Source: Rebecca billardiae RCC1528
Lineage: Eukaryota; Protista; Haptophyta
Assembly: GCA_965240325.2 (NCBI GenBank)
Contig: OZ251230.1
Location: 2,418,001 to 2,482,000, forward strand
DNA: 64,000 nt
Direction of reading: 5' to 3'
Position numbers and translations under genes: made by a program. Below the pieces are notes generated by a model that had not been told where the DNA came from, did not search any database, and saw nothing but the letters and a program-made list of their open reading frames with translations. Shown piece by piece: positions 42,501-56,004 of the stretch. Each line of letters starts with the position of its first letter. Position 1 is the stretch's first letter.

Positions 42501-42796
42501 TCTGGTTCGATGCGATTGGGCGAACGAGGCTCCTTGACTGACCTCAGATGACTGACTCCCCATATGTGTAACAGTGACGACCGTGGGGAGATTGCACTGT
42601 TACGGCAACAGCCCCGGGCCGTGTAACGACAATCTCACGCCCAAGGGGACGCGGCACGAGAGAGCTGCACGGTGATGAGCGCCTTTTTCGTCGGCATCGG
42701 AGTCTTCCCGCACAGAACTTGGGCCGAGAGCCGCCAGGGCCGACGCCGAGCAAGCAGGCTCGCCGAGCTCGCAGCGCGGCGCCCCGCCCGATCGCG

Positions 42797-43522
42797 ATGG
42801 AGGACCTCGGCGCGATGACGCAGATGGCCGCGCGCCTCGCCGCGCGCTACGAGCGCTCCGACCCCGCCGAGCACGCCGACCGCCAGCGCGCGCTGCGCGC
42901 GGCCGCGCGCGACCACAGCCGCGCGCGCGTCCACGTCCGCTTCAGGCCCGCTCTCAAGATGCTCGAGCCCGTGCCGCGCTTCGTGGTGCGCCACGCGCTG
43001 GACGAGCGGGAGCAGCCGGTCGCGCGCGTCATCTTCGACCCCGAGCTCAACTACCCGCAGGCCACCGTCGACGAGGTGCTGCTCGGCGGCGCGTCGCAGT
43101 CGGATGTTTTCGAGAGCTGCGGTCGCGCCGCCGTCGCCGCCGCGCTCGACGGGTACCCCGCGGCGGTGCTCGCGCTGGGGCAGTCGGGCGCGGGCAAGTC
43201 GTACACGCTGTACGGGCCCCTCGCCGCCCTCGCGCCACCGCCCGAGCCCGGCGCCTCGCCGCCGCCGCCGCCGCCGCCGCGCACGCCCGGCGCCGCGCCG
43301 GCAGAGGCGCCGGCGGCGGCGCCGGCCGAGGGAGCAGACGCACTGCCGGAGGGCTGGGGGCTGGTGCCGCGCGCGTGCCGCGCGCTCTTCGACGAGCTCG
43401 CGGCGCGCTCGGCGCCCACCGCGCGCGCCGGCTACTTCCTCGTCTCCGCCTCGCTCGTCGAGGTCACCTGCGACGGCCTCCAAGACTTGCTGCTGCCGGC
43501 GCACGCGGCGGCGGCGGCGGCG

Positions 43523-43560
<38 letters not shown>

Positions 43561-46277
43561 GGCCGGCGGCGGATGGGCGGCGGGCTCGGCGTGTGCGGGC
43601 AAGGGCGGGCCCGGCTCGGCGTCGCGCGCGTCGGGCGGCATCCTCGTGCGCCGCGACCCCGCCGCGCCGCGCTCGGCACCGGGCCCCGAGCGCCGCCGCG
43701 CCGACGGCGCGGCCGCGGGCGCGGCCGGCTCGGCGGCGCACGGCGGCGGCGGCGCCGGCGGCGCCGGCGCCGGCCCGCCGCTTCGCGTGTACGAGCACCC
43801 GCTGCACGGCGCGTCGGTGCACGGCGCGACGGAGGCGGTGGTCGCGAGCGAGGCGGAGCTGCTGCGCATCGTCGCGCGCGCGGCGCACGCCTCGTCCGCC
43901 GCGGCGCGCGCCGAGCGCGCGCGCGCCGCCATTGCCACGCCGACGCCGTCCGCGGCATCGCAGCTCGGGCCCGCGGCCGGCGCGGCCGGCGGCGACGGTC
44001 GCGGGGGCGGCGGCAGGCGGTGGCGCTCGGAGGAGGCGACGCGGCTCGCGCTCACCGCGCTGCACTCGCACACGCTGCTCACCGTGCGCATCAAGCAGCT
44101 GCGCCCGGGCACGGCCGCCGCCGCGCCAGACGACGACGACGGCGACGGCGGCGGCGCGGCCCCAGACGGCGCGGGCGCGGCCGCAGGCGCCTCGCCGCCG
44201 CCGCCGGGCGGCGCGCGCTCGCCGGCGTCGCCGCCCAACCCGCTCGCGGGCGGGCGCGTGTCCGCGCCGTGGGAGGAGGTGCACTCCTCCCTCCGCTTCG
44301 CGCGCCTCGCCGACTGGGCCGTCGCCAAGAGCCGCGGCGGCGGCGTCACCCTCGCCCTGCCCGGCGAGCTCGCGCGCATCAACGCGCCGCTGCGAGCGCT
44401 CGGCGCGGTGTGCTCGGCGCTCGCGCAGCGCGCGCGCGCGCAGCGGCGCGGGGACGCGCTGCTCGCGGCGATCGGCGGCGAGGCCGACGCCGGCGGCGTG
44501 GGTGCGCCGGAGGAGGGCGGCGCGTCCCGCGCCGCGACCCTCCCCTTCGCGCCGTACCGCGACTCCATGCTGACGCGCTTACTCGCGCCCGCGCTTGGCG
44601 GCGGGTGCGTGACAACTGCGATCGTGTGCGCGCGCTTGGACGGCGCGCACAGCGCGGCGACGGCGCGGGCGCTGGAGAGCGTGGACGGGCTGCGCTCGGT
44701 GCGCACGCTCGCGCGGCCCACCGTCGTCGCCGACGCGCTCGGCGCGCACGCCGCGTACGACAAGCTCGCGGCCGCGTGCGCGCGGCTGCGCGCTGAGAAT
44801 CGAGCGCTGCGCGCGCGCGCGGACGCGCGCGCGCACGCGGCCGCGCGTGCTCCGGTCGTGCTCGCGGGCGGCGGCGGCGGCAGCGGCGCGGGGCGGGCGG
44901 CGGCGCGCGCGGCGGCGGCGGCGGCGGCGTCTGGCCCGACCGCCGCCTCCGCCGCCGCCGCCGCGCGCGCGCGCGCCGCGCGCGACAACGCTGACGCCGA
45001 CCTCGACGCTTCGGCGGCGGACGGCGCGGCGCGCGCCGCGCTCCGGCGCGAACACGGCGCGCGGCTGAGCGCCGCCGCCGAGCAGCGCGTGCTCTACTCG
45101 CGCGGCGGCGCGGCGGGCGTGACGTCGGCGCGCGCGCGGTTCCGTCTCGAGCTGCGCGCGCTCTCGCCCGGCGCGCTCGACGCGCTCATCGCGCGCCTCC
45201 GCGAGGACTTCGCCTTCTGCGTGCTTCGACCCGGCGAGCGGCCGCGGCGCAATTCGGTCTACACACATTCCGCATCGACGCGCGCGCAGCTCAAGGCGCT
45301 GGCGGAGGTGCGCGCGATCGTGGGCGAGCTCGGCGCGGGGCGCGTGCGCGCGCTCGTGGGCGTGTGGGCGCGCGAGCGGCAGCACGCGCAGGCCGAGGCG
45401 CGCGCGCACGAGGCCGAGCTCGCCGCCGCCGAGCGCGCGGCGGACGCGGCGCAACAGCCAGGCTGCGCCGGCTATGCAGACAGCTGGGGCGCGCGCGTGC
45501 CGCCGCCGCCGTCGCCGCACGGCGCGTCCGCGTCGGCGCGCGGCGCGTTCGGGCTCTCGGCGGCGCCCTCCGCCCTCCTCGCCGCGCCGCCCATCACCCT
45601 CGGCCCCGCCTCCGACGCCGGCTCCGCGTGGTCAACCGGCACCGACGGTTACGGCGAGCTCGTAACCGACGCGCTCGACGATAGCAACGTGGGTATTCTC
45701 GCCGCCTATTTGGCCGAGCGGCTGCCGCTGGCGCGCGCGGCGGTGGCGTGGCGCACGGGGCTGCTGGCGCGCGTGCTCGGCGCGTGGGCCGCCGAGGCGG
45801 CGCGCCGCGCGGGCGCGCGCGCGCGCGACGCCGACGCCGTCGCCGCCGCGGTCGCGCGCCGCGGCGACGCCGGCGCGCGCTCCGGGCACGCCGGCGCGCG
45901 CGCCGCGGCCGCGCCGCGCTCGGCGCGGCTCTCCGCCGGCGCGGCCGCGCCGGCGTCGCCGTCGGCGCGCTCGCCGCGCCAGTCGGGCGCGTACTCGCCG
46001 CGCTCGCCCCGCCTCTCCGCCGCCGCCGCCGCGCCGCTCTCCCCGGCGGCGCGCTCGCCTCAAGACTCTGCCGATTTGTCGCCGTCGCGGTCGGCGGCGG
46101 AGCGCTCGCCGCGCGCGGCGGGCGGCGCGGCGGGGACGGCGCCCCGCGAGCTGCCGGTCGCGCCGGCGCCGTCGCCCGCGGCGGGGCTGCGCGCGCGCAC
46201 CGCCTCCGCGCCGGTGGCGTGGCCCCAGCCGCCGACGGCCGTGATGGCCGCGGCGGCGGCCGAGCGCGACGCCGGTA

Positions 46278-46309
<32 letters not shown>

Positions 46310-47850
46310 AGCGGCGCAAGCTCGGCGGCGGCGCGCGCCGTCGCGCGCTCGCCCCTCGTGCCGCCGTCGCCGCAGCGCTCGCTGCCGCCGCCGTCGCCCG
46401 CGCGCGTGCGCGAGGGCGTGCGCGCGCCCGAGCCCTCGCCCGCGCGCCAGCCCTCGTACGGCCTCGACCCCGCCGCCGCCTCCACCCTCGCCGCCGCGGC
46501 CGCGCGGCTCGCGGCGGGCGCGGCCGCGGGCGGGCGGCCGAGCGCGGCGGTCGACGATCCGGGCTCAGACGCGGGCTCGGGCGGCGGCGGCGGGCGCGCC
46601 TCGCTCAGCCTGCCCACGGGGGGCAGCGGCCCGTTCCGCAACCGCTCGCCGCTCGCGCAGCGCGCGCAGCCGCCGCCCTCGCCCGCGCGGCCACGCGACG
46701 GCGCGCGCGCGCCCGAGCCCTCGCCGGCGCGCCAGCGCTCAGGCGCCGGCGCCGAGATGGCGGCGGCTTCCGCGCTGCTAGCGGCCGCGATCGCGCGGTT
46801 CGAGGGCGGCGGCGGCGCCGAGCGCCCGCGCGCGGCGGCGGGCATCGATCCGGACGCGACCTCGCTCGCGCTGCCCGCCGGCGCGGCCGCCGCCGCCGCG
46901 TGCGGCGCCGCCTCGCCACTCCGCGCGTTGCCGCCGCCCTCGCCCGCGCGCGCGCGCGACGGCGCGCGCGCGCCCGCGCCCTCGCCGCTGCCGCTGCGCA
47001 GCCGGTCCGCGACGGAGCCGGATGCGGCGGCGTCGGCGGTGGCGGCGGCGGCGGCGGGCAGGATCCAGCGCGCGCTCGTCGGCGGCGCTGCCGCCGATGC
47101 CGCCGCCGCCAACGCCGCCACGCCGCCGCCGCAGCTGCAGCCGCCGCAGGGCCGGCGCGGCAGCGGCGTGCGCGGCCCGCCGGGTCTTCAAGTGGAGCCC
47201 CCGTCGCGCGGGGCGGAGGGGGAGGACGACACGGACCTCGACCTGATCGCCGGCGCCGTCGCCATCCCGCTCGACCCGCCCGGGGCGGGCGGCTCGCCCG
47301 CGCGAGCAGGCGCGGGCTCGCCCGCGCGCGCCGCGCAGCGCGCCGCCGCGCGCGCCGCCGCCGCCGAGCTCGGCGCCGCCGGCGCGCGCCGCGCGCCACC
47401 AAGCCCTGGGGGGCGCGGCTCGGTGGCACCGTCAATCGCGGTGCAGGCGGACGGCTCGAGCCTCGCGGACTCGCGCGCCGCGGGCCTCGCCGAGCTCGAG
47501 TCGATGCTCGGCGGCGCCGCCTACGCCGCGCGGGACGAGTACGGGCACGCCGCCGCCGACGCCGACGCCGCCGCCGCCGACGACGACGCGCGCTCGCTCG
47601 CGCCCTCGTGGGTCGAGACAGCGCGGCAGTCGGCGCACGCAGATGCCGTCTTCGCCGCGGCCGCGCGGCTCTCGGGCGAGAGCGCGGAGGATGCGGTGGC
47701 GTGGGGCGTGCACGTGGAGCGCAGGCTGGCGCGCTCCGCGCGCGCCGAGCCGGGCCCGCCGCCGCGCCGCGTCGGCGACGGCGCCTCGAGCAAGCAGCAG
47801 CCGAGATCGCCTCGCTCGCCGGGCGGCCGCAGCGCCCGAAGCGCCGGCTC

Positions 47851-47894
<44 letters not shown>

Positions 47895-49398
47895 GTGGTG
47901 CGGTGCCGCCGCCGCCGAGCTCGGCGGAGCGTGAGCGCGCGGCGCGCGAGCGCGCGGCGATGCTCGCGCGGATCAACTTCGCCACCGCCGACTTTGACCC
48001 CGCCGCCGCCGCCGACGCGAGCTCGCTGACGCTCTCGCGAGATGCATATTCGCCCGATCGGTACGCGGCGGCGGCCGCGGCCGGCGCCGAGGGCGCTGTG
48101 GTCGACGCGCACGCGGGCGCGGGGCTGGAGCGCGCGGGCTCGTGCGGCTCGCTCGACACGACGGCGATGGCGCTCGAGCGCGCCGAGCTCCGCGTGCTCA
48201 TTGGCGCGCCCACAGGCCCCGCCTCTGTCGGCGCGCGCGCGGTCCAAGCCGGCGCGCGGCCAGGTGTCACCGAGCCACTTGAGTGCTTTGCGCACGGCGT
48301 GCAGCGCGCGCCGCCGCGCCGCGGCGTCTCGCCGCGCCGCGTGGCGCAGCAGCACAAGGAGCTGCTCGCCGCGCGGCGATACGAGTACCGACTGCTCGAC
48401 AGGTGCGCGCGCGCGCGCGGCTGCGTCGGGCGGGCGCCGCGCGGGCGGCGACGGTCCGACTAGCGGCCGCGCGGCATGCGCCGATGCCACGCCGCGCCGC
48501 GCCGCCGGCCGCGCCGCCGTCCCCCGCGCGCGCTCTGGCCATCCCGCGGGCTCCTTTTTATGCTTATGTGTGTTGCTCTTTGAATAAGGAAGCATGCTCA
48601 TGTGTGGCCGTGCCCTCCCCCCCTCCGCCCTTTGCGCTGTGCGCGGTGCGCGCAGGTGCTTCGGCCTGCTCCGCATGCACACGCAGCAGCTGCGGCGCGC
48701 GGCCGAGCTGCGGATGCGCGCGCGGTTCGGCGGCCGGCGCCGCGCGCCGCCGTCCGCCGGCGCGCGCTCGGCCGTGGCGATGCGCGCGCCGCAACAGGGC
48801 GACAGGGCGCCCGCGCCGGTCGGCGCGCCAGAGCCGCCGCCGGCGCGGCCGCACGCGCCGGGCGAGCTGCGGAGCAGCAGCCGCGTCGGCGGGCTCGACG
48901 AGTGCTCAATCCACGCGGGCTCAACGCGCCACGGTGCGCGCGCGCACCCGCCGCGCCGAGCGGAGCGCCCGCCCGCCCGCCACCCACGCGCGTCGCCTGC
49001 GCCGCCGCTCACGGTGGCGCGCCCGCGGCCGGCGCGCGCCGCGCGCAGGCGCGGACTGGGAGGGCGGCAGCGCGGCGGGCGGCTCGGTGCGCTCGGGCGT
49101 GCCCCGCGCGCCGATCGCGTACGCCGGCGGCAGCGAGCTCGGCTCGCCCTCGCGGCTGTCGTGCGCCGGCTCGTGGGCGGGGGGCTCGGTCGCGAGCAGC
49201 GCGCTCCTGCCGCCCGGCTCGCCGATCGGTGACGCGCTCAGCAGCCGCTCGTCCGTGGCGTCGGGGATCTCGCCGCACCGCGTGCCCGGGCTGGTGCCGC
49301 AGGCGTCACCCGGCGTGCGCGCGCCGGGGCAGCAGTCGCAGCTGCTCAGCGTGCCGGGCGCGGCGTTGGGCGCGCGCAGGCCGCGCGCCAGCTTCTAG
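42797..49398 (+). CDS. Kinesin-like protein with a degenerate motor and long low-complexity tail (introns 48403-48655, 48934-49048)
   Basis: VHVRFRP, QSDVF, ALDGY..AV.A.GQSGAGKSYTL.G, GLVPRA...LF, IN..L.ALG....AL, PYRDS.LTRLL..ALGG. Switch I and II are degenerate. Confidence 0.75.
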
Positions 49399-49548
49399 GG
49401 CAAAATGCACCTGCTTGGTCAGCTCAGGTCTGCACCTCCAATCAGCATACGGCGCTACCATCGCCATCGGCGACGTCCTTCATGGGCAGGTAGCTAGTAT
49501 GTAGCAGTGATGACTGTGATGAACAGCACTGCCAACAGTTGCCGAGTT

Positions 49549-51491
49549 GTAGGTGGGTCCCTGGCGATTTTCCAGCGCTCTTTTAAACATTTACCGGGTT
49601 TTCTGGCCTGATTTCTTTTCGCGCGGGGCGCGGCTCGGGAAAATCGCCGGGCCGCCGGCCAGGATGCTCCCGACGATGTCGGAGCGCCTCTCCAGCGCGA
49701 CCGAGCCGCCGTGTGTCGGGTAGACCACAGCCAACACCTATCGCGCGCTCCAGCGCTTTGCGCGTGCTCACGGATGGGATCCGTGGTCACACATCCCCCG
49801 CCTGGCACGTGCCCGCATGTTTGACTCTCGCCCGGCTAGACGCGTACAGACAACTTGAAACGATCGGCGGGTGTTCGACCCGTGCCTTCGAGCAGGGTCA
49901 GTTTTTGCCACATGCGGGTCAGGCGACGGGAGGCATGGGTCAGTGTCGTGCACGGGCATGCTCTTGACGCTCCCGCCATCTTGAGCAGCTCAACGCACCG
50001 TGAAGGTGACATTTGGGCTGTGCGCAAGCTGCTCGTGAGAACGCACGACAGCCAGCCCCGGGCTCTCGGGGAGCCATGTAAGCGATTGGCGACTTCCGAG
50101 AGGGCGTGTTTGGTGGGGGTTGGTACCAATCATCGACCAGCAGGCCTAGGATGGGTGCACTGAGGACTTGGGATGCTGAGAAGCCGCCGCGATGTGCGGC
50201 GAGCACGCTGACTTGCCATCCGTGTGCACGATCCAGCGCCAGGAAGATAAGCAGGGCCTTTGACAGCGGCAGCAGGCGCTCAGCGATCCTTCCCTATGCC
50301 GAGTGTGGGCATAGTATGCGGTGCTCGAGGGTGATCGCAGGATATGGGTCCATTCTTGACAGAACGCGGTCGCGTTGACAGGCGCGGGTGCCACCCCACG
50401 CTGTTGCTCCTGCCATCGGGTGGTCCCACTCGTTCCGCTTGTGGTCTGCGAAGACTCGTACTCAGCAACTCTACGGCTAGGCGTAGTAGACCCCTCAGAC
50501 GCATGTCTGATGATTGCCCGGCACGTTCTCGTCGTCACGTTGGGTGTACTTGAGCGAGCGGAAGCCGCAACGTCATGGCTAGGCCAGCAGCTCAACCATC
50601 TGACGTCTCGCCGGCCAACTGGCTGAGTGCTCTCAGCCTAGCAGCAGCGTCGGTGAACCTATCGTATTGCTGCCTGGCGAGAAGATGGTAGGAGGCATCG
50701 CCGGCGGCATGGGCTGCAGCTGCGGTAGTCATGGACTGGTGGCGGCCTCACGCGGGTGGGCATACGACGACCGGTGACACGCGGAGTACGAGCACGGAAG
50801 CCGCCGAACGCGGCAAGCTCCGGCGGTGGCGTTGGCTGATAGTCCAGCCTCGACGGCGGAGGGCTCCCGTGTGACGACGGTGGCATGCTCGGTGGCGGGC
50901 GATGGTGTGTGCCTCGGCACGCAGCCCGCCACAAACACTGCCACTCGCAGGCAGTCCGGTTGCGGCCCGGGTTGCCTGTGTCCGCGTCGCTCGGCGCCTA
51001 TTCGATGACCCAACAAACGTACCCACATATCGGAACGAATTTGAATATATAGTGAACCGCATCCACGGTCAATTTAAAGTGGGTAACACTCATACTATAT
51101 ACGGGTAAGTGGTTATATATGAAGTGGGTAATGTGCTCGATCTTGCTGTAGTTTGTTGGAGGTATCAGCGCACAGCATAGAGCCCCACTCTTTGCTTCAT
51201 AAAATGGTTCGGTCGGGTGTCAACGGTTGTCAATAAGTAATTCCGATCGCATGTCGCCATCTAGCCACCATAACCATGAAGTAACGCTTCGCAAAATCTC
51301 TATGTGACACTACTGGCGCGGCGCGCGCGCGCTCGGCCGCGCGACGGCACGCGGAGTAGGTTTTGAGGTCGAAACTTTTGCTCCGCCCCGATGGGACGCA
51401 TTTATAGCGTCGATTCTGGGTGAGAGACAAAATCTAGGACGTCATTCTGAGTGCGCCAGAATATCGCCCCAGTTGGGAGGGACCCACCTAC
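49549..51491. mobile_element. Putative non-autonomous TIR DNA transposon (~1.9 kb)
   Basis: Perfect 14-bp inverted termini GTAGGTGGGTCCCT / AGGGACCCACCTAC plus matching subterminal GGCGAT(T/A)TTC..GCGC. Lower-GC interior; no clear TSD or transposase. Confidence 0.55.
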
Positions 51492-52492
51492 GGCGGGCGG
51501 AGTTGGCGACGGGCCGTCAATCTCGCCTGCCTCGGAGCTGTGACTCTGCTTAGTAGTAGTGTGGCGTCTTTATTATTTACACATCGTCATATATATATAT
51601 ATATATCATCATCATCATCATAATATATATAATAGTCATCGCGCGTACTACAGTAGCAGGTGGATACGGGTGAACTGGACCGAGTGGCCGACCCAACTCA
51701 CGCGGAGGCCTCTCTATGAGCATTGATTGGGGTCGAACGGGGGCGCCAGGGACGGACTTCAGGGGGTCCCTGGAGTTTCGCCGCCCAGCGCGCTTTAGTG
51801 CGCTGCCGGGGCCCGTCTAGTCGGGCCGCCCGGCGCGCGTGGCGGCCGCCAATTTTTCTGTACTGCTGTAGTCCAATTATTAGCCCCTGGCACTGGCTGC
51901 CAGGCATGGGAATCGAGCTCAGAGACGCGCGCGCGGAGGAAAAGCGTGTGCAGCGGCTCGGACGGTTGCTCTGGGACCTACCCACGCCAGCGCAACCGCG
52001 CCTTGCCTCGGAGTCCGCCCTTCCTGAGTCCCGGTCCGCGCACGCTGCGTCTTATGCGGCTACTGGGGCTAGTGAAACTGAAAAGCTGGCCGGTTCGGCC
52101 CGTTGTGCGCGGGACTCACGACGAAACAAGGCGAAGGCAGCGAGAAGCGCGACCTGGCGCGTGCGCAGACGACATCCCACGACCAGGTGAGTCGAGCGAA
52201 CATCGTGCGCCGTCGTGGCGACCCGCCAGTGGGCGCTCGTGCTCGTTCGCCCACGAGCCCTCGTCGTAACACTGTACGTAGCAATCACCAAGCAATCGAT
52301 TACTAGTACTACTGCTGTCATTGCTGAAATAGGCGCGGCGGTTCAGTTTGTGAGCGCGGGGTAGGCTCGAGAGTATCCTATCTCAGGACGGCGCCTTGAC
52401 GAGGGCGGGCTCGGCAAGGGCGACGAACGACCGCCGCCAACCGCCCGCGCCGGTTCGACCCCCGTGGCCGCCACGCGCGCGACCTCGGCAGC

Positions 52493-54133
52493 ATGCTCGC
52501 GCGCATCAGGCGCGGCCCGCGGCGGGCCCCCGTGCCCGGCGCGCCGCGCGCCATCGATTCGCCCGGCACGCACCTCGCCTTCGTCGTCGCTTTCGCACTC
52601 GCGCTCCCGGCGGTCGGCGTGCTGCTGCAGTGGTTCTACCTGCCAGACTTCTTCACCGCGCTCGAGTACTCGTACGTGATCGGCTCGCACTGCGAGGGCG
52701 TGCTCGGGCGCACGACGACGGTGGGCCTGAGCCCGCAGAGCGCCAAGTGCGTCCAGGTCTTCATCTCCGAGCGCTCGGAGGAGCAGCTGCGGGTGCGCGC
52801 GCGCCTCACGCAGCCACGCGCCTGTGCGCCCGGCGGGCGTGCGCCGCGACACGCGTCGTGACGCGCACGCGCGCTCGTGCGCCCTCCCCGCGCCGCGTCG
52901 CAGGTGTTCGTGGACATCTACGCGGCGACGATGCTCTTCTTCGTGTACACCATCCACGCCGCCATCGGCTACCTCCACCACGGCCTGTTCAAGCTGCTCG
53001 GGCGGCTCGTGTTCTGCGCGGCCGTGCTCACGGAGGCGGTGTTCATCCACGCGATCTGGCACGCGCAGGCGGTGTTCGACGCGGCGTTCGAGCAGGCGAG
53101 CCTCTCGCCCTCGACCAACCTGCTCGACCCCGCGTGGAACGACCCGTTCTTCGCGCTCGTCGAGTCGACCGTGCTCGAGTCGACGGTCGTGCGCGCGCTC
53201 GCCGGCCTCGTGCTCGCCACGCTCGTCGCGCCCGACGCGTTCGCCTCGGAGCAGCGCGTGCGCGGGCTGGCGGAGCGGCTCGGCGCGCAGCGCGACGGGC
53301 TGGCGGACCGGCTGGTCCGCCGGCTGTACGTCCTCTGCTTCACGCTGCTCTGCTGCCTCATCGGCTTCACCGTCCTCCACTTCTACGTGCCGGACGCGAT
53401 TACCGCAGAGGAGGCGGGCTATTTGGTGGGCGGCCATTGCTCGGGCGCGGAGGGGTTCCGCGCGGCGGCGGAGGTGTGCGCGTCGCCCACGGTGTCGAGC
53501 CCGGTGCACGGGCAGATCGCGTGCGCGCACCTGCAGGGGTGCATCGCCACCACGCTCGCCCAGGCCACCGAGGACGAGCTCGAGCAGTTCTACACCGTGT
53601 ATGTCACGGTCGTGATTTTCTACGCGCTCACGCTGGTGGAGGGCCTCGGCTTCTTCCGGCCGGAGGAAGGCGCGCGGCGCGCGGCGTGGCACCGGCGGGC
53701 GCGCGTGCTCGTGGCGTGCGGGATCTTCGCGGAGGTGGTCTTCATGTACACGCTCTACGGCATGACGCACGCCGCGCTGCTGCAGGCCGACATCGACCTC
53801 GACAACAACCGGCCGCTCGCGCCGGCGATGGCGGCGGCGGTGCCGTCCATCACCGCCGTCCGGCTGCTCGTGATCTGCCTGTATGTCCTCGCGTTCGTCA
53901 GCGCCGACTGGGACGCGCAGCCCGCATCGGCGGCGGGAGGCGCGCGCGACGCGCCCGGCGGGGCGCCGGGCGGCGCGTTGCCGGCGCTGGCGGACTCGGC
54001 GAAGCCGCCGGGCGGGTGCAGCAAGGCGGGGCAGAGCAGCGCGGCCGAGCCGCACGCTGGCACCGCGGCCGCGCATCGCGATCGAGGTCGCGGCGGCGCC
54101 ATGCACCCGCCGATGACCGAACATCAGGTGTAG
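52493..54133 (+). CDS. Multi-pass membrane protein with an internal tandem duplication (intron 52793-52903)
   Basis: About 8 hydrophobic helices; repeated FY.PD..TA.E..Y..G.HC...C......E..L..F...Y module. The GT-AG intron restores frame. Confidence 0.7.
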
Positions 54134-54183
54134 CAGGTGTAGCTACCACACCTGATGCTCGGTCATCGGCGGGTGCATGGCGC
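54096..54183. repeat. 36-bp inverted repeat (hairpin, 16-nt loop) spanning a stop codon
   Basis: GCGCCATGCACCCGCCGATGACCGAACATCAGGTGT (54096-54131) pairs with 54148-54183 with one mismatch. Confidence 0.9.
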
Positions 54184-54463
54184 TGACAGACCGCGCCGCG
54201 CCACCGTGATCAGAACTCGTTAGAGCCAACTGTTGCGCTGAGTCAGCATTGTCAGCCGGTACACTCAGGATCTTGAATCTGAGAGAGTCCGCCAGCTCAA
54301 ATACAATGTCCGGTTGAACTGCTCACGCTCTTCTCCCTCTTCCGGACGGTCGAATCAGGCGAAGGCGCCAAGCTGAAAGCGGCCCCTTCTCCCGCGCGCC
54401 AAAAAGTAGTGGCGCCGCGACCCCGCGAAGCGCGCCGTGCAACGGCGGCTCTGCCCCGAGGCG

Positions 54464-55913
54464 ATGGCTCGCGAGGAGCTGACGCGGGACATGGCAGGCG
54501 CGTGCACGAGTGGCGATGTGCACCAGCTCGAGTCACTCCTGGCACTGGCGGGCGGCGATCTCGACCGCCGCGACGCAGGCGGGTGGACCGCGCTCACGCG
54601 CGCATGCGCCAATGGACAGGCCGAGTGCGCGCAGCTGCTCCTCGAGGCGGGCGCTGACCCGGATGCGACTACCAACACCAGGTCGACAGCCCTCCACTAC
54701 GCGTCCGGTCGGGGCCATGCTGAGTGTGTGCGCGTTCTGCTCGACGCTGGCACGCGCGTCGATCAGCATGACTTCCAAGGGAGTCTGGGGATCCGTGCAC
54801 TTTTTGCTGCCTGCGCAGGCGGCCACGCCGAGTGCGTGCAGCTGCTGATCGCAGGGCGCGCAAACGTCAACCACATCGACGGAGATCGCAACATACCGCC
54901 ACCGATATCTGTGGTGGCGCGTGAGCTGCACGTGCCTTGCTTGCAGCTGCTGCTCAGCGCGCGTGCGAACGTTGATTGCCTCGCGCAGCGTGAGGTGATC
55001 CAAGGCAGGCAGCTACCTCTGCTGACATACGCGCTGGAAATGAAACCCATGGGCCGCACCGACCACACGCCCGCTGAGCGGCTGCAGGTGGTGCAGCTGC
55101 TGTGCAAGGCCCAAGCGCTGCGCGGGATACGTGCGGCCGATCTCAGCGAGCGGCATCTTCTGCGCGATAAACTTACTCGTTCGATTGGTTGGTGGCGAGT
55201 TTGACGAGCTCTCGGCCTGGCTGGAGCGCGCGTGTAACTGGTCTACGACCCTGCACCACATCGAGCTGCTGAGCGAGGCGGAGGCGGTGGCACAGCTCCG
55301 CGCGCTCACCGACGCCGACGCCCTCAGCGCCGATGACGGCCATTCGTCGCCCCTCGCTCTGGCCCACGCCGCGCTCGCCATCGATCCGCACCACGGCGCC
55401 GCGGCGGCAGTGGTCGCGGCGGCCGGCTCGTGGAGCCACAAGACCCACCACCTCTTCCCAGAGCACGCGCGCAAGCGCGCTGTGGAGCTGCTGCCGCTGG
55501 GGTACGCGCTGGCTGCGGACGCGCGGTTCGGCGGCGTGCACTCGGGCGCTATGCAGCATCTGTGGCTGGAGCACGTGCTGCCGCGTGCTATCGAGCGCGG
55601 GCAGCGCGCGTGCGCCGCGTGCGGCAGCTGCGGCGGCCGTCGGTGCGGGCGTTGCAAAGCGGTGGTGTACTGCAGGTGCGGCGCGGCGACGCGATGCGCG
55701 AGTGTCGTGTGCGCGCTGTGCCGGTGCACTGTCTTGGTGCTGACTGACACGTTCTGTCGTGCGTGCCCCGCCCTGTCCGATGTGCGCCTGTTGCGAGCGC
55801 TCCTGCGGATGTTTTGCAGTGAGGAGTGCCAGCGGCGCGACTGGCGTACGCACCGCAAGTGGTGTGGCAGGCTGTTACACAGGGCGCACGCCAAAAGTGA
55901 CGCGAGTGACTAG
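54464..55913 (+). pseudogene. Ankyrin-repeat + MYND zinc finger, copy 1; frameshifted by a 4-bp duplication at 55185-55192 (intron 55676-55819)
   Basis: GWTALT.AC.NG..EC..LLL.AGA ankyrin repeats; spliced CAAC...CGRCKAVVYCSEECQRRDWRTHRKWC MYND. Removing TTGG restores frame. Confidence 0.75.
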
Positions 55914-56004
55914 CGATAGCAGTCGATGAGCTCAGGCCTGCTGTCATCATCGACTGTCGTCCGATAACCGATTGGCTGGACCTGGACACGATTAATGGTA
56001 GTTA

